DNA from: Haliotis cracherodii
Taxonomy: Eukaryota
Direction of reading: 5' to 3'
Assembly (NCBI RefSeq): GCF_022045235.1
Contig: NW_027266343.1
Span: forward strand, 19,840,001-19,904,000
Length of the DNA stretch: 64,000 nt
Shown in pieces: positions 1 to 14,400 of this stretch. The notes under the pieces were generated by a model. The model searched no databases. It was not told the DNA's origin and saw nothing but the letters and a program-made list of their open reading frames with translations. Position numbers and translations under genes: made by a program. The first letter of the stretch is position 1; each line of letters opens with the position of its first letter.

Positions 1-352
1 ATACATGTTCATGATACATCGGAGTTGTACACTCTGCTTTTAGCAGAGGTTTTGTTATGAATAGAGACATGGTATTGTCAGTATTATTCATATACTTATG
101 ATATCAATCACTGGTTTGCCTCGACCGCGTCGTATAGCTGAAAAAAGCCCTGCTGAACAACGCATGCAACGGAATAATGATTTATGCAGATCCAGTTTGC
201 AGTTGTCAGGTCTCGACATGTCTTGAGGTATTTGCATATTTAACTAGGATAAATGAGAGACCCTTGATATACGAAAATGACGCTAATCAAATTTATAAAT
301 ATCATGAGATAATGGACAGATGATGATGGTCTGACACTATGCTCTTTTGCAG

Positions 353-3300
353 ATATGGAATGAAAGACCCCACAGTGTTCCCTATATAAAGGTGACAAAA
401 AATTAAGTGTATAGTTTGAGGGAAATCATCGAATAATCACCTGTCAAAATGCAGTCAATCTGGATTACAGTCAAAATAATAATTTCCTTGTTTATGGGAA
501 AACAATTTAAATTAAATCTTACACCTTCAAGAATAATACGTGTCAATAGTTGTGTAAAAGGGGAAATTCTTCAGCAGCTCACACTCAGGTTCTACGTTTT
601 CTGTTGACTCCAAGTTACTGAGGCGGACTCTGGACCAAAGAAACCTGACCAGTGTGAGGATAGTCGCCGCGGATGGTTTTTGGGGAGGCATTGTCCAAGA
701 CATTCTACAGGACTCGGAGCTCGCAGACGCCGTGGACTCTATTGGGTAAATCGTTGTGCGTCTTATCACCACGGACACTCAGCAACACAATGACGAACCC
801 TAGCGTACCTTGTCGTCTATTCGCTTTACATGAACGTCGGTTCGAATCCCGGTTTGCTCTGATTGTGTTTCTGGATTTGTCAGCACTACCCACACTTTTG
901 GGTTTCACCAGAATGGTAGAAGTTCATGTAAAGAGGTGTATTCCATGGCGATTTTCACCAAAATGAAGCTGACATAATGATATAACTGAAATACTGTTAA
1001 AGGCGACGTTAAACCCATCACGCTCACCCATTATAGCGTACCTTGCTCATTTTGTAACCAACAGTGTTTGATGTTCACTGTCTTGAACATATGATGTAGT
1101 CTAAGTTTCCAGAGAAAAAGAAATGTAATCCACCTTTTTCTGTTAAAATGTATCATACATACCCGATCCGATTGAACACATGCGGTACTGTACCAGGTCA
1201 CAATGTTGCCTGTCCCTACAGAACCCACTACCCGGGAACGCTGTCCCCACGCGAAGCCGTCATGACCGGTAAACAACTGTGGGCGTCGGAAGACTACGGA
1301 AGCTTCAACGACGAGATTGGAGGAGGATGCTGGGCAAGGGTAAGCTTCATCATTTTCTAATTAAACTTTTCACGGCTTAAGGACGTGAAGTCTCTGTTCA
1401 TTAATTCACTCAAATTATACAACACATCATATAGGGGAAATAATGAATGTTTTATTTGTTGCAGACTCTCAACATGAACTATGTCAACGGCCTCATGACA
1501 TCGTGAGCTACTCTTTGATTGAGACGCAAGATGCAACATTTAATATTATATACATGCATGAAGGACAAAGCTCGTTTACCTTTCAAGTTCAAACATTGTT
1601 TTGTCTCCCGAATAGTTATAAATGATATGTGTCATTCCCAACACACCCTGCCTGATGCCATGCAGAGATCTCACAGATCGTCGTAACTTCCTTAATTCCA
1701 TCAAATGTTGCTTTGATCCCAAACCTGCATCTTATGATGAACCAAATGTAAAGCAGATTGTAAGTTACTGTTTGACTATGTGTTTCTCGTAGCCCTCACG
1801 GACTTTAGTATGGTCAAGGCCTGTTCCAAGGTCCTTTAGGAATAACGGATATGACGGGCATCGCGTTGGGCTATTATACATGTTTTCGAATTTGAGACAC
1901 CCATATACCGACTTTTATTGGGCGAAATGTTAAACACTCAGGTTAACCGGTAATTTTGCTTTCAAATTAGCCTGTTACAGTTCCTACTTGTACAAGGCAA
2001 CACCATGGAATATGATTGTTATAATGTCTGGTCCTCCAGTTCCATTGCGTGGTGTATGGTGACCGGGTTCTACTACCCCCTCCCCTGGTACAGAGACGCC
2101 CTGATGACGGCAAACAGGGCCTGGGATAACAGCTACACCGTCAACACTCCCATATGGATCACAGGTACATTGCGCCCTATATAGCAACATCTTCGATATA
2201 GCAGGTGCAAGAATAGTAACTGGACTAAGGATACGTGTACAGCATGGCTATGTTCACAAGAAGGATCCTTATAATGTAGAAAATGCATCTAATGAATCTG
2301 ACTAGACTGGGCTCTAAATGAGCTTCACCATGGGCCGCCATTGACCAGTAATAAGAAACCATCACTATTGGTGAAAAGACCTTCACATGACACAAACAAA
2401 GGGCCAATGGCGCTATTTAATGGTCAGTCATAGTCCAGAGCGGGACTATTCTCTGTGTAGGTATACAAGAAATGTACCATATGTTTGTTATTGAACTTAA
2501 AGGTTTATAAAATACATCCTTTGTAAAAACATAAACTGTACGTATAAAGCGATGTTTTGCCATCGCACTCCTTCTTTACATGTACACGTAGACATTACAA
2601 CTACAGGTTGCAGAAAAGTAATACAAGAAAGTTTCAATCAGCTGCATATTGTACACTGTTTACAGCCCACACGACCCAGTTCACGGAGATAGGATGGCAC
2701 TACCTGGCTCACGGCTCTGGGGTGGGGAATTTCTCCGGGGGAGGGAGTTACGTGTCCCTGGTCAGCCCTGACGGCAAGAACCTCACCATTGTCATAGAAA
2801 CCATGGTGAGTGGATCATCCTTGTTTTATTTCAACGGGTAGGACAGAAACATCGGCTCTACTTGATGTAATATCATTGATTTATAGAGATTTGCTAAACA
2901 GAGGAACATATATGCAACATAGCTGATCATTCATGAACCGTAATTAGTAGATATATGCCAAACACAACCGGCTGACATGTATACTGGGATTCCGGGATTC
3001 AAAGAAACATTCCAGTAAATTCTTCTTTTACGTTCCATGTATCTGCTAAACAAAATCGGACATGGAAATAAGAGTGAAATGTATGTGACGTGCCTGTTTA
3101 CTGTAAGGCAGTGTCAGGTCCTGTCTCTTGGAGTGTGTTTCCTCAGTAGACAAGGGTAGGATTTATTTCAGAGTCACGACCACTCCGTGTGCACCAGGCC
3201 GCCCCTGTCTCCATACACAGTCAGCCAGCAGAACGTCACACTCGTCCTCAAAGGAAGCTTCGTAAGTATCTGTAGTTGACACAAGCTGAGTATGCTTGTC

Positions 3301-6300
3301 ACAAGTAGGACAGCGGTAACAGGAGTCTCAGTAGCAGCCTGTACGGCCTAGCAGCCTATATGACTTGTACTAACAACGGTCTGGTATACGCCCATATCGG
3401 CCTGCGCCACACAGTGTGAGTACGACCTAGCAGCCTATATGACTTGTACTAACAACGGTCTGGTATACGCCCATATCGGCCTGCGCCACACAGTGTGAGT
3501 ACGGCCTAGCAGCCTATATGACTTGTACTAACAACGGTCTGGTGTACGCCCATATCGGCCTGCGCCACACAGTGTGAGTACGGCCTAGCAGCCTATATGA
3601 CTTGTACTAACAACGGCCTGGTATACGCCCATATCGGCCTGCGCCACACAGTGTGAGTACGGGCTGGCTGGAAGTTGGTCAGTTCGGATTTGCCAGGCCA
3701 AGACATTCCTGGTCATATAGCACGTTTAATAACAGCATTCATACATTTCGTGAGCGTCTTGAATAAAGTGGCAGGTATGGGTCCTTGTTCTGTCCTATTG
3801 TGCCGGGAGAGAGGGTTATAACATTATTTGTTCTGACTTCACATTATGTGTGACGTACATACAATACAGACTTGTTAGATTTAAAAAGCTACCGTAGTGG
3901 TAACTCACGAACGTTAACATGAGCTTTGCAGCTCTAAGATCGGAGAAGGAGGCCTGATCTACTATTGACCACTATATATGAAATGTAAACTCTGAACGGA
4001 AATCACCCACACTAAACCAAGACACCAACACTGAGAAATACCAAGGACTTGTTCAGTTGTATGACAAGACAAATTATGCTATTCATCAGTACTGTCTTGA
4101 AGCAGGACAGTTTCGAGTTACAATCTGGCAATTCTGTTCTTAAAACATGAAGTGTGGTCGCTTAATATAGAACCATTACAAGCGGAGGTCCATTCCTGTT
4201 ACAAGGGGTCAACTTACAAAGGTTGTTTGACCAAATGTTAGAAATATTTAAAGATAGGTTGTGCTTATATAGCTGATGTATGTCTCTATTTTGTGCAGAG
4301 GAATATCACCACGCTGAATGTGTGGCGCACCAGATTCCAGTATGGCGGTAAAGCGTCAACTGTGTTCAGGAAACTCCGTCCCGTTAAGGTGAGCTACGTA
4401 AACACAATGAAACATCAGTGGACTGACATATCTCCAGCACACAAGTAGCCTGCCCGTACGTAGATGGTGATAACACAAGGTACACGTCCTATTCAGCAGA
4501 TGATACGTATGTTAAGCGTGGATACCTATTGCTGTGAGCCTGAAGAAAAGTGTGGGTGATTGAAAATTGCTAAACAACCTCATCAGCAATTTTAAAGCTG
4601 TTCGCAGAAAAAGAAGTTTACAATTTGAGTTTAAACATATTGTATTCTCATGAAAAGGATTGGGCACAAGTTATCACAACTTAGAACGCCCTCTCCCATA
4701 GATGTACATGTATTCGTATTTACAGTTAATAAATTAAATGACAGAAAGGAAAGAAAAGAAATAGAGAAACGCATGTACATTCACATTATGTACATACAGT
4801 TGGAGTATATAAGTAACACCAACAAAAAGCTCATATTTAAATACCTTATGTCCTCAGGTAGTACAGTACTGTTGAAAACAAATGTCTCCTCAATCGGCCA
4901 CGAAAGTTCGTGTATCGTTCGCCATTGTGGCGACGCTTGTTATCAAACAATCGTCCTCACTACCGATACTTCGTCGCGAACGTTTTGCGTCCTTGTCGCG
5001 GTCGAACGTATGTTTTATATGGTACTGTAAAAGCGATTTCGGCATGAATAGCTGTGACTGGTTGGATGTAATAGGAAATGTTTGTACTTTGTCCTTCAAA
5101 TTGTGTTGATGTTCTGTTGATATTACCTAACTGTATAGACGGGGGAGTTGACAAATCTATGAAACCTGCATGCCGCCATATTGCAGGTGCGAAGGAACCG
5201 CGTCAAGCTACAGCTCCTCCCGGACGAGGTGTACACCCTCACCACGATGCCCACAGGCAACAAGGGGTCCTTCCCGTCTGAGCCCACACAGGGAGACTTC
5301 CCCTTCATCTACCTGGAAAACTTTGAAGGTAATGATAAAACGCATTACTGTTTGATTGATATATTCAATGATATGAACAGTTAGAGAGCAACACTATTTC
5401 TTCAGTCAGTGTAAACAATAACTTCTTTGAAACGTTGGTGAGTTATTAGTAATGCAGTCATGTCCGAATTCTTTCGTTACTTCTCATGCATTTTTGAAAT
5501 ACCGTAAATCAATTTAGGTGTAATTTGCCTTGAGCTGTGTCTTTGCAGAAACTGTGATAATAAAACAAAAAGTAAAATAAGTTAATGGGAAGGAATTTCT
5601 GAATTTTCTGTTTATAATGTTATGAAGACAAATACAAATACCATGACATTAATGCAAAACATATCGCATTTCGCGCATTCATTTGAGAAGTGTAAAGCTT
5701 ACAAACGTTCGTTTCGTTTGATCAAGGAAATATTGTTTTCAACTTGTTTTTCAGTTAAATATAACACAATTTGTTCTAACGTTGGCATAGAACGAGAATG
5801 ATTGTTCCTGTACGTTTTGTCACAAATGATAAAAAGTGGTACACTCTCCTTCTACATTACATGGACGCCTGTGGGAGATTGATAGGGGTTATAGTACACT
5901 CATGGTGTAGGTAAATAAAACTAATATTTGTGTTAGTGTATGGTGTTAGTCTTACTTTGACATTGAAGATTGGCGGCAAAAATATATTTTTCCAAATAAA
6001 CAGAGCCATCGTTATAAAATAAAAATACACAGTTGTTATCGTATTTTGAACTTAAAATTTCAACCGAGATTTAAGAATTAAACATGAAAAAACATTGGGT
6101 GTTCTGAACCAACTCGATCGTTTTACTGGGATATTATATAAGAATGTCATACAGATTCTTTCTGCTGTTGTTCGCAACATGACTTGGGTGGTGAGTATTT
6201 TATTTTGGTACAACAATGATAACAAAGAGTATCATTATTTGTTTACATGTGATTGTTCTGTGACAAGAAGAAGACAGTTACAGGACATGCTTACCCTTTT

Positions 6301-9300
6301 CGCAAACACTCTGGGGACGTTCCTTCTGCTGTTGTTCAGGTCTGAAAAAAGGCAAACGTGTCTGGATAGGTGCCGGTAGCTCACGCTTGTGGAAAGAGGC
6401 GAGAGTGAAATGGGGATGGGATGGTCTGACATGGCTGATTGCATGTCATCATACCTTGATGGTGTGGATCGTTGATCATGCCCAATGCGTGGCATAGTCT
6501 CTAGTATTTAAGGACCGTCTTGACATAGCTAAAAAATTGCTGACTGCAGCAATTGACAACATTCACTCACTAACGGTACAAAAGTACCAATAAAACAACC
6601 AGTGATAAAGAGTTACGTCCTTGTTGTGTTGACATGTATATCTGGATTTCATAAAAGTGAAAAAAATACCTAATTTTCATACCAGAAGACAACGTGAAGA
6701 CAATAAAAAACTATGACCTTATGAAATTTGAATATTCAGATCCTCGACTGGTTATTAACATGTTTGTTTTCTTTACATAGGCTACTCTCAAAATTCGGAG
6801 CCATTTACATTTGCACAACAGATGGGATCTTTCGAGGTTATATACACTGGTGTACCCCATAAAAACGTGTTGCGTCAGATGGTCCTGCAGGAACCGGTGT
6901 CGTGGTGTAGTCCCGAGACACAGATACAACACCCACTCAACATTGTCGGGGATTACAACTGGTACGTTGCTAGATGATATCAAGTGGGAAGCATCATTTC
7001 AAAGAAAATCATTTCTTTAAGTCAATGATATCTATTCGGTGTGTATCACCCCTGGTGTAATAGGATAATATTATTAATTCAACCTGGGTTTAACCATGTC
7101 CGCAAGAACAAGATATACAGCTAAAATTGCTTAGTTGAATTAGACTCACCTGGTAACCAGACCGCATCAGTGGTTTAACTGCAGTATTACTGTATATCAG
7201 GACGGACGTCAGTGTGGAGATGGAGATCAAGCTCGGTGACGTGAACGGCAGTAACGGCTACTTCCTGGCTGTGAGGGTGGACAGAGGGGGGTGCAACTCC
7301 TCATCCGCCAGGGGCGTTTTTCTTTACATCTACCCCAGCCAGAAACAGTTCGTCCTCTCCGCCGACATAGGCAAGGGCGATTGAAATAAAATCCATTAAT
7401 AATACAAGAGTGATTGATTACAAAATAAGTGAATCTAATTTTGAAACAATTCTATTTTGCCAGGTACGTATTTCACTTGAAAATGTCACAGTGATAACCA
7501 CTTGACAAATTCGTCCCTATCTTGATAATACACCAAACAATTTAGTTGCAACAGTAATCCCGCGTGTGTTGTAGGCCAGACCTCGACCATTATGAAAGGC
7601 AGCATTGAGACGCCAAATCCCGGCTGGAACAAAGTGTCCCTCAAAGCAGAGGTAAGGAGACATGATTGTTACATAACCACCAAGGGACGTGGAATTGGGC
7701 TCTAATAGGACACAACTATCCATTGTCAAACCTACTCCATGCTGCCATGACAGCACCATTACTATACAAGACGCAAGAACTGTCGGAAGAGCCGACTGGG
7801 TGAGCAGATGCTGTGACTTGACTGGTTATTGATGTCCTCGTTCTCCAATGACAGGCGAAGATCGTTGTTCATGCTTTCAAAACAGACTCCGAGGTCTTGA
7901 CTGAGAAGGTAAAGCTGGGAAAGAGGTTAATTGGAAGGAAATTTCCCTCTTTCTCCGGCCTACATTATTAATCAGGACTAGTGGAAGAGGTGTTTATCCA
8001 CATCATAAACCAAAAGACAAAACTAAAGCATCTTCTTTCAACAATTATTATGTTTCTGACAAGCATTATATAAACCTTAGGAGACGGACATTTTAATATA
8101 TCTCTTATCATCGCCACTGCACCGTTATGGTTCACTCACTAGGTTACAAACATGATAGTTGTAAGTTCCATGAATGTAACTATGTTGTTGGATTTTACAT
8201 CATGCCGCACATTTCCTAAAGGTTACGTGTAAAGGATTCAGTCGAGTAGGAATATAGCGTCCCCAAACACGCGGAAAATATATTGTTTAACTTATTATTT
8301 TTATAATCCTCAAGGTGTCTACTAAATGAATTGTTTTTTCCAAGGGAAAATATTGTTCCATGATGTTCATTGGTACATCAGAGATGCCAGAAGGTAAAGA
8401 GATGGATACTGATACTTTCACTGATAATGAGATTAAGGCAGGAGAAAGTTCGATCTCAGGTTTCAATGATGTCTTTTCAAAGGATAAGTTAGACTTAGGA
8501 TTTACTTCAGCTGTCAAACACAGGATAACACTAACTGATAAACAGTTATTAGCATGTTGTGTTATTTGCAAGTTCAATAGCCCTTTGTCATAAAAAAGTG
8601 TTTCGTGAAGATGCAAGGATGGTCGTCTTAGGATGTGTACAGATGTGACCTAAATAATAGGACACTCAAAGATTTTTACGCTTTTTCCCACATTCAAGAG
8701 AAATTAGATTGTTTGGCTGGAAATAGACTTTTCACCAAACTTGATATGAAGTCTGTTTATCAACAAGTGGAAATCACAGAGGAGGACAAAGAAGCCAGTT
8801 TTTTAATGTAACCACCTCCCATTTGGTTTGACCAACAGCCCAGTAACATATCAACGGTTGATGGAAGAATGTCCGGATGGTTTACATTTGTCTAATATTC
8901 ATTGATGACATCGTTAGTCTTCTAATATATTTAAGACTGTAACCTCAAGTTAGCATGTAATGTAATTTCTTCAAAAGGAAAGTCTGCTATGTAGGGCATG
9001 CAGTTTCAGAGCATGTGGTTGGACTATTCAGAAAAGTTAGAAAAGTTAGAAATGTTATCTTCATGTCCCAGACCAACTTCTCCATACCCGTGTTTTAGGT
9101 TTGCTGGCTACTATCAAGGTTTTGTTGCCAATTTTGCCCAAATTGCCTGACCATTGAATAAATTTCTACCTAATCCCTTATGTAAGAGAAAACGGAAAAG
9201 AAAGACTCCAGAGAGAATACAGGAATCGGAAACCACCATTTTGTGCTTTACGAGCAAGATTACTTTTAACACATGTTCTTGGTTTCTGTGAATTTTCACT

Positions 9301-10678
9301 TCTTTTTGAGTTTATGCAGAATCTAGCCAGAAGGGTTGAGGTGTAGTTTTGACCAAATCCAAGGTGGAGAGAAGCTAGTGATTGGTCATGCAAGTCGTGG
9401 GCTTTCAAAATCAGAGCACTACTTGCCGTACGTCTGCTAGATTTCTTATTTTGGATGTGGGCAGTCACTGATAAATACCATGACTATCTTGGTGGACACA
9501 AATTTAAAGTTCTGACTAAAACTAACTCCTCAAATATGCTCTTACTAGTGCAAAACTGGTTACAACCTGTGCAGCTCGTCATTTCGCACAAGCAGTGTAT
9601 AATCGTTTCTTTGTTACTGTTACTTACTGAAACTCATTTTTGCGAATAGCTATCTGACTTTTCCTTCCGGATTCCATAGAAAACAAATAAATTTGCTTTG
9701 TATGTAGATAGATATGCGCAAGTCTTCGAGTAAACGACGTTTTCAAGTTTTTCGTGTTTAATTGTAATAAATATTTTAATGATGCAAATAACCCTTTCCA
9801 CCGCTTTGTCAGGCTGAATGTACATACAAAAATAGTCTTATATGTTTATGTGCCATGTCTTGCTTAAAAGTTATGCTGATTAAACATTTTCAATGAAAAT
9901 CCAATATGGCCGCCAATGAATGAGTGAGTGAGTGAGTATGCTTTTACGCCACTTTTAGCAATATTCCAGCAATATCACGGCGGGGGACACCAGAAATGGG
10001 CTTGGCACATTGTACCCATGTCGGGAATCGAACCTAGGTCTTCGGCGTGACGAGCGAACGCTTTAACCACTAGGCTACCCGACCGCCCCGGCCGCCAATG
10101 GACACCATGGGACAATATTTCGCCATTGGAACACCAAAATTGATTTAATAGACACTATGAGGATTACAAAAATGTAATTTAAAAAATATCTATCTTTTGA
10201 GTGCATGGGGACCCTATTTTCCTACTAGATAAATTGTGTGTAATGTGTGAGGCAGAGGGACTTTCTGTTGAATATATGTGGGACATATGGAATTTCTATG
10301 AAATATCCCTCGGACAGGGGTATATTCTGTAGAAGGTCCCTGCTAAGAGGTTATGAATAACAATTGGATGACGCCACCAGAGGTCTATGCGACACTGGCT
10401 TTTCTGGCCATGACACGATCATTCACAGGTCGGTGTGATGTAGATGTTAGTGTAAAAGAAAAGCCTTGTTGCAGGGAAACTATGCCGACGCGACGTTCAA
10501 CGACGTCAGCCTGATGCATGTGCAGCTGCCCAGTGGTCCAGCTAATGGCTTTGTTGGTCTGGGAACGTCTTCCTGGGGGTTGGCTGACTTCGACAACATG
10601 CTGATACAGCCAGCCAACTGGACCAGCACGGCCAGGACACAGGAAGATAGCAGGCTGTACTTTAAGCCTGGACAATAG
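353..10678 (+). CDS. GALC: Galactocerebrosidase-like GH59 gene 1 (5'-partial; exons 6-18 in window)
   Basis: Exons by splice sites and paralog alignment: 353-391 ([13 protein letters not shown]), 615-745, 1222-1339 (THYPG...[21 protein letters not shown]), 1465-1502, 2040-2164, 2666-2805 (AHTTQFT...IVIETM), 3172-3261 ([10 protein letters not shown]), 4299-4388, 5187-5328, 6781-6961, 7201-7370 (GC donor), 7575-7651, 10475-10678 (TAG). AATAAA at 10904-10909. Confidence 0.93.
3341..3663. repeat. 79-bp tandem repeat, ~4 copies, gene 1 intron 12
   Basis: Unit gtacggcctagcagcctatatgacttgtactaacaacggtctgg...cacacagtgtga starts at 3341, 3420, 3499 and 3578; copies are near-identical. Confidence 0.95.
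8340..9570 (+). mobile_element. Degenerate Ty3/Gypsy LTR retrotransposon pol fragment (RT and RNase H) in the last intron of gene 1
   Basis: Frameshifted pieces [73 protein letters not shown] and [20 protein letters not shown], in Gypsy order. No LTRs recognised. Confidence 0.85.
9919..10089 (-). mobile_element. tRNA-derived SINE, family A, full length
   Basis: Head GGGGCGGTCGGGTAGCCTAGTGG (A box) and GGTTCGATTCC (B box), (ACTC)n tail. 11-bp TSD ggccgccaatg at 9908-9918 and 10090-10100. Confidence 0.9.
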
Positions 10679-11434
10679 TGTCGTTGGATGTGGTGGTTAT
10701 AGGGGCTGTGTTTGACACATTCTGAAATTGCTAACCATTTGATTTGAAACAGACTGGATTGACAGGGAAGATATCAAAGATTGTGCACGGCAAATTGGTG
10801 TACTTTAAGATTTATGGTTGGAATGTTTATGTTTTTATTTGTAACGTAGGTATGCCTCACGATATAAAGTGTTTTGTTTAATCCTTATGAACTAATGTTT
10901 GTCAATAAAGTCAGTTTCAACAGATGCAAACTTTGAAGTTATTTTTAATGGCAGATAAACTATGATATTGTTGACGCATTGCTTCTGCAGGGCACCATCG
11001 TAATGATTGCTCAGTGTATTGACATGTGCCGAGAATGTTCGGCCATCTGAAATGTTAATATGCCGTTTTTAGCCGGTGGTGAAAGGAAACTCGGAAGGCG
11101 CGGGAGTCTTGGTTCGCAAGTTAGGTTCGTGGGTCAGATGAAATGTGTTGATGTGTACTAAAAGTTTGATAAGGTCTGTCTGTCTCTAAGCCCCCCCAAC
11201 CCCCAGATTTCCGAACTACACTGAGGTCCGGATGCTGAGTTTTATGCAGAACAGTATAGTTACAATGTGATCCTGTTGACCAGAAATGGTTCAGAAGACC
11301 ATATTCAATCAAGGTGTGTAACCAATTTGTTACTTCCTTATATGTATAAAAGGAGAAGATGCAAAACATGTTAACTTAACTTTATTTAATATGAGTATTC
11401 ATCAAATTCATGAGTATTTTGTAAACAACCATAT

Positions 11435-14400
11435 TTATGCTTTGGGTCTGTAATACAATGTATTATCCTTCAGTCTCTTTGCGACTGGTTCTGCCTTAAT
11501 CATCAGATTGTCATAGTCCACAATTCCCCAGGAATCCGTGCCAATCGCCACAAATCCATTCTTGGGATTGGCAGGAATGGACACGTTGAACAGTTTCTGG
11601 TTGTTATATGTGCCAGATGCGTATCCTCCCTGCAATAAAAAAACCCATGTGTAATTAATCTCTTCATGAACAAATCTGCAGTTTCAGCTATTATTTCAGT
11701 AATCAGTGATGCATATTATTCATCCCAGGTTTGTTTGTGGTGGCTGTATCTCCAAGGAATGACGTGACGTGCATTACAACGCTGAACCTGTCAGTGTGCT
11801 GCATTCATTGTTGAAAATCACACACATGTGTACGTAGACAAAAGGAAATAATAATAGGGCTAGAAGAGGATAGGACCTGTGGGACTCGACTAACCTGCAC
11901 AGTCAGCATTACGTTGTTCCAGTCACTGTTGCTGGATGGTAGTTCACCTTCCGTTATGCCCTTCTTGTGTTCTGCAGTCATCGACATAAAGATTATCAGC
12001 AGTTATGGCTTATAGACGGAAGTAAATAAGTAACATTTTAGAGCTACGTTACTTTTCTACCATGTGTCTTTCATAGCACTTCCGTTATTACCGAAAATGA
12101 CGAGCAAACACATTTACCACCAGGCCGAACATCTCAGTGTGGAATCAGAAACCACAATGTTGGTAGATACGCTTTGTAGAGATATTTCCAGGAAATAGAA
12201 TATACAAGCCGTTGTATTAACTCACCAAAGTCCCCGGATAGATGGTATTTACTTTTGTTGGGGAAGATATACAGGAAGACACCCTCTGCTTGGTCTGACT
12301 CTCCACCACCTCTGTCCACCCGGGCAGCCACAAAGTAGCCGCTGGAGCCGTTCACTTCCCCGACTTTGGCGTCAATTTGGAGAGTTACATCTGTCCTGAA
12401 ACACCAGAGGAGCAGTTGGTACTTGCCTCTAGGTATTATGTTGGCCTTTCTAAATTGTAATGGATTCCATACTTTCGTCAGTAGAATACTGTAGAAGCAG
12501 AAGTATGTCACTTTTCTATCGTGAAACTCTATTCATCCCGAATGTTCGAGACTTGTAATCACCACGACACATTTCCGGATAAATGAAATTTTTTGTAATG
12601 TCTACTTTATTTCTGTAGACGTCCCAAACAGTCAAACACATCCTCATAAGACCCAGCTGTACAAAGGCGAAGCGATTGTTTGTTGCCGTTTTGACAGACG
12701 ACAACATGCTAATGTTCAGGCTGTGTGCATTATATAAATCTAAAGTCAATATTAATATAAATTAAGTAAAGCCATTTTTTTATTTACTAAAGCGTTCGGT
12801 TCCGAATATATACTGTAAATCTTGAAGTTAACAAGAGTAAATAAAAGGGATCTATCTACAGCGGGACTACATCAGCAAGAGCGCTTTGAAATTGATCATC
12901 TCTTGGAACGCGTAATTACATATGGGTACATAGGTCCACTATCTCAGAACATTCCGAAAGCGACCACAAGTAGTTTTAAATTTACAAGTTCAACATTAAA
13001 ATAGTTATAGTCTTGAGTAGTTTAAAGTAATGGTTCAGAACACATATTTTTTTCATGAAGTTGTCAAACAACGATCCAAAGATATATGTTTTAATTTCAT
13101 CGCAACCTGTTGCACATTTGTACTGCTTGGAATCAACGAAGACATTTCATGGGAATCAACATAACAGGGATTTAGGTATTTTGAAGTTTTACTTAAGTTG
13201 GTTTAAAAAATATCTCCTCAACAGTAATACATATTACGAATGTATATCTCTCCACTCCGAACTTCGACCTGGCTGAAGTCGACTTAATGCCACGGCTGCC
13301 AATATAGTTGTTCACGGTAACAGTGCTATTTACAAATTGTATGAACCCGGAGGATTCTGCAGTTATGTTAAACATTAACCTGATGATTGACTGGTGAAAA
13401 TGAGCCAAATGCAACAACCACTGCCAACAGAAAACACCCTGCAGTATGCTGATCAGCCATTTTCTAGCTGCAGACGACAACATTAGAGAGACTGCTTGTT
13501 TCCGGTGATTATGTGGCCCTGACACAGTGGCTAGTGTGTGTTTTACTTAATTGAGTGTGTACTGAAAAAGATTTCATCGATATGCATATTGGCAGTTATA
13601 TGCATGAATGCATAGGCTGTTGATAGTTCTATGTTTTCATAGCACGGTTTGAATGTGAAAAGGCTTAATGGAAAAGAGGCATCGGTAGAAGAAGACTACC
13701 CCTTTAAACAAATCAGAACCAAGCATTCTTCAATGTCATGGTAGAATGACATATACAGTTCAAGTATTTTACAAGTAAGGTAACCTAATGTTTGTTTTTA
13801 AAGATAGCAATCCTGCCAAAAAGGCAACACAAATGTTCCACCTGTCAAAATATTGAATACAGATGATAATAAAATAATCATGAGGTGTTTCTGTGCAAAC
13901 ATATTTATATTCACATATAACATTCACTGCTTCAATAAAATCGAGCAAAAACATTGGCATGGAGAAATATTTTATCTTACCTTACATTTAAAATACTTGA
14001 CCATGACATTTTGCTAAATTTCCAATTAAGAAGTGATAATACACATAGCCTAACTATACATAAAGAAATTATCGTTTAGCAGTATGGCTTTATCTCTGGG
14101 GGAATACCGTGAGGTACCGTGATTATTATTACTCTCAGTGTAGTTGTGTACTCCGTGACAGGCGACTCCCGGTACACGGCAACACAGAGGGTCCATCAAA
14201 ACGTATTCCCCTCATCAAAAACCTGAAATTTATATGAAACTATTAAAACCGTACCAGTTATAGTTGCCAACGAGATTGATAGTCCTGTTGGTCCGCCCCT
14301 CTGCCTTACACCAGTGTACAGGCTGTGAGAGGACCATCTGCCTCACCACCTTGTTGTGTGGGGGACCCACGTCAATGATCTCAAACGACCCGGTCTGTTG

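Noticed and set aside
4650-5154. Several overlapping 65-126 aa ORFs in gene 1 intron 13
   Set aside because: No recognisable motifs; consistent with chance ORFs in intronic or repeat-derived DNA.
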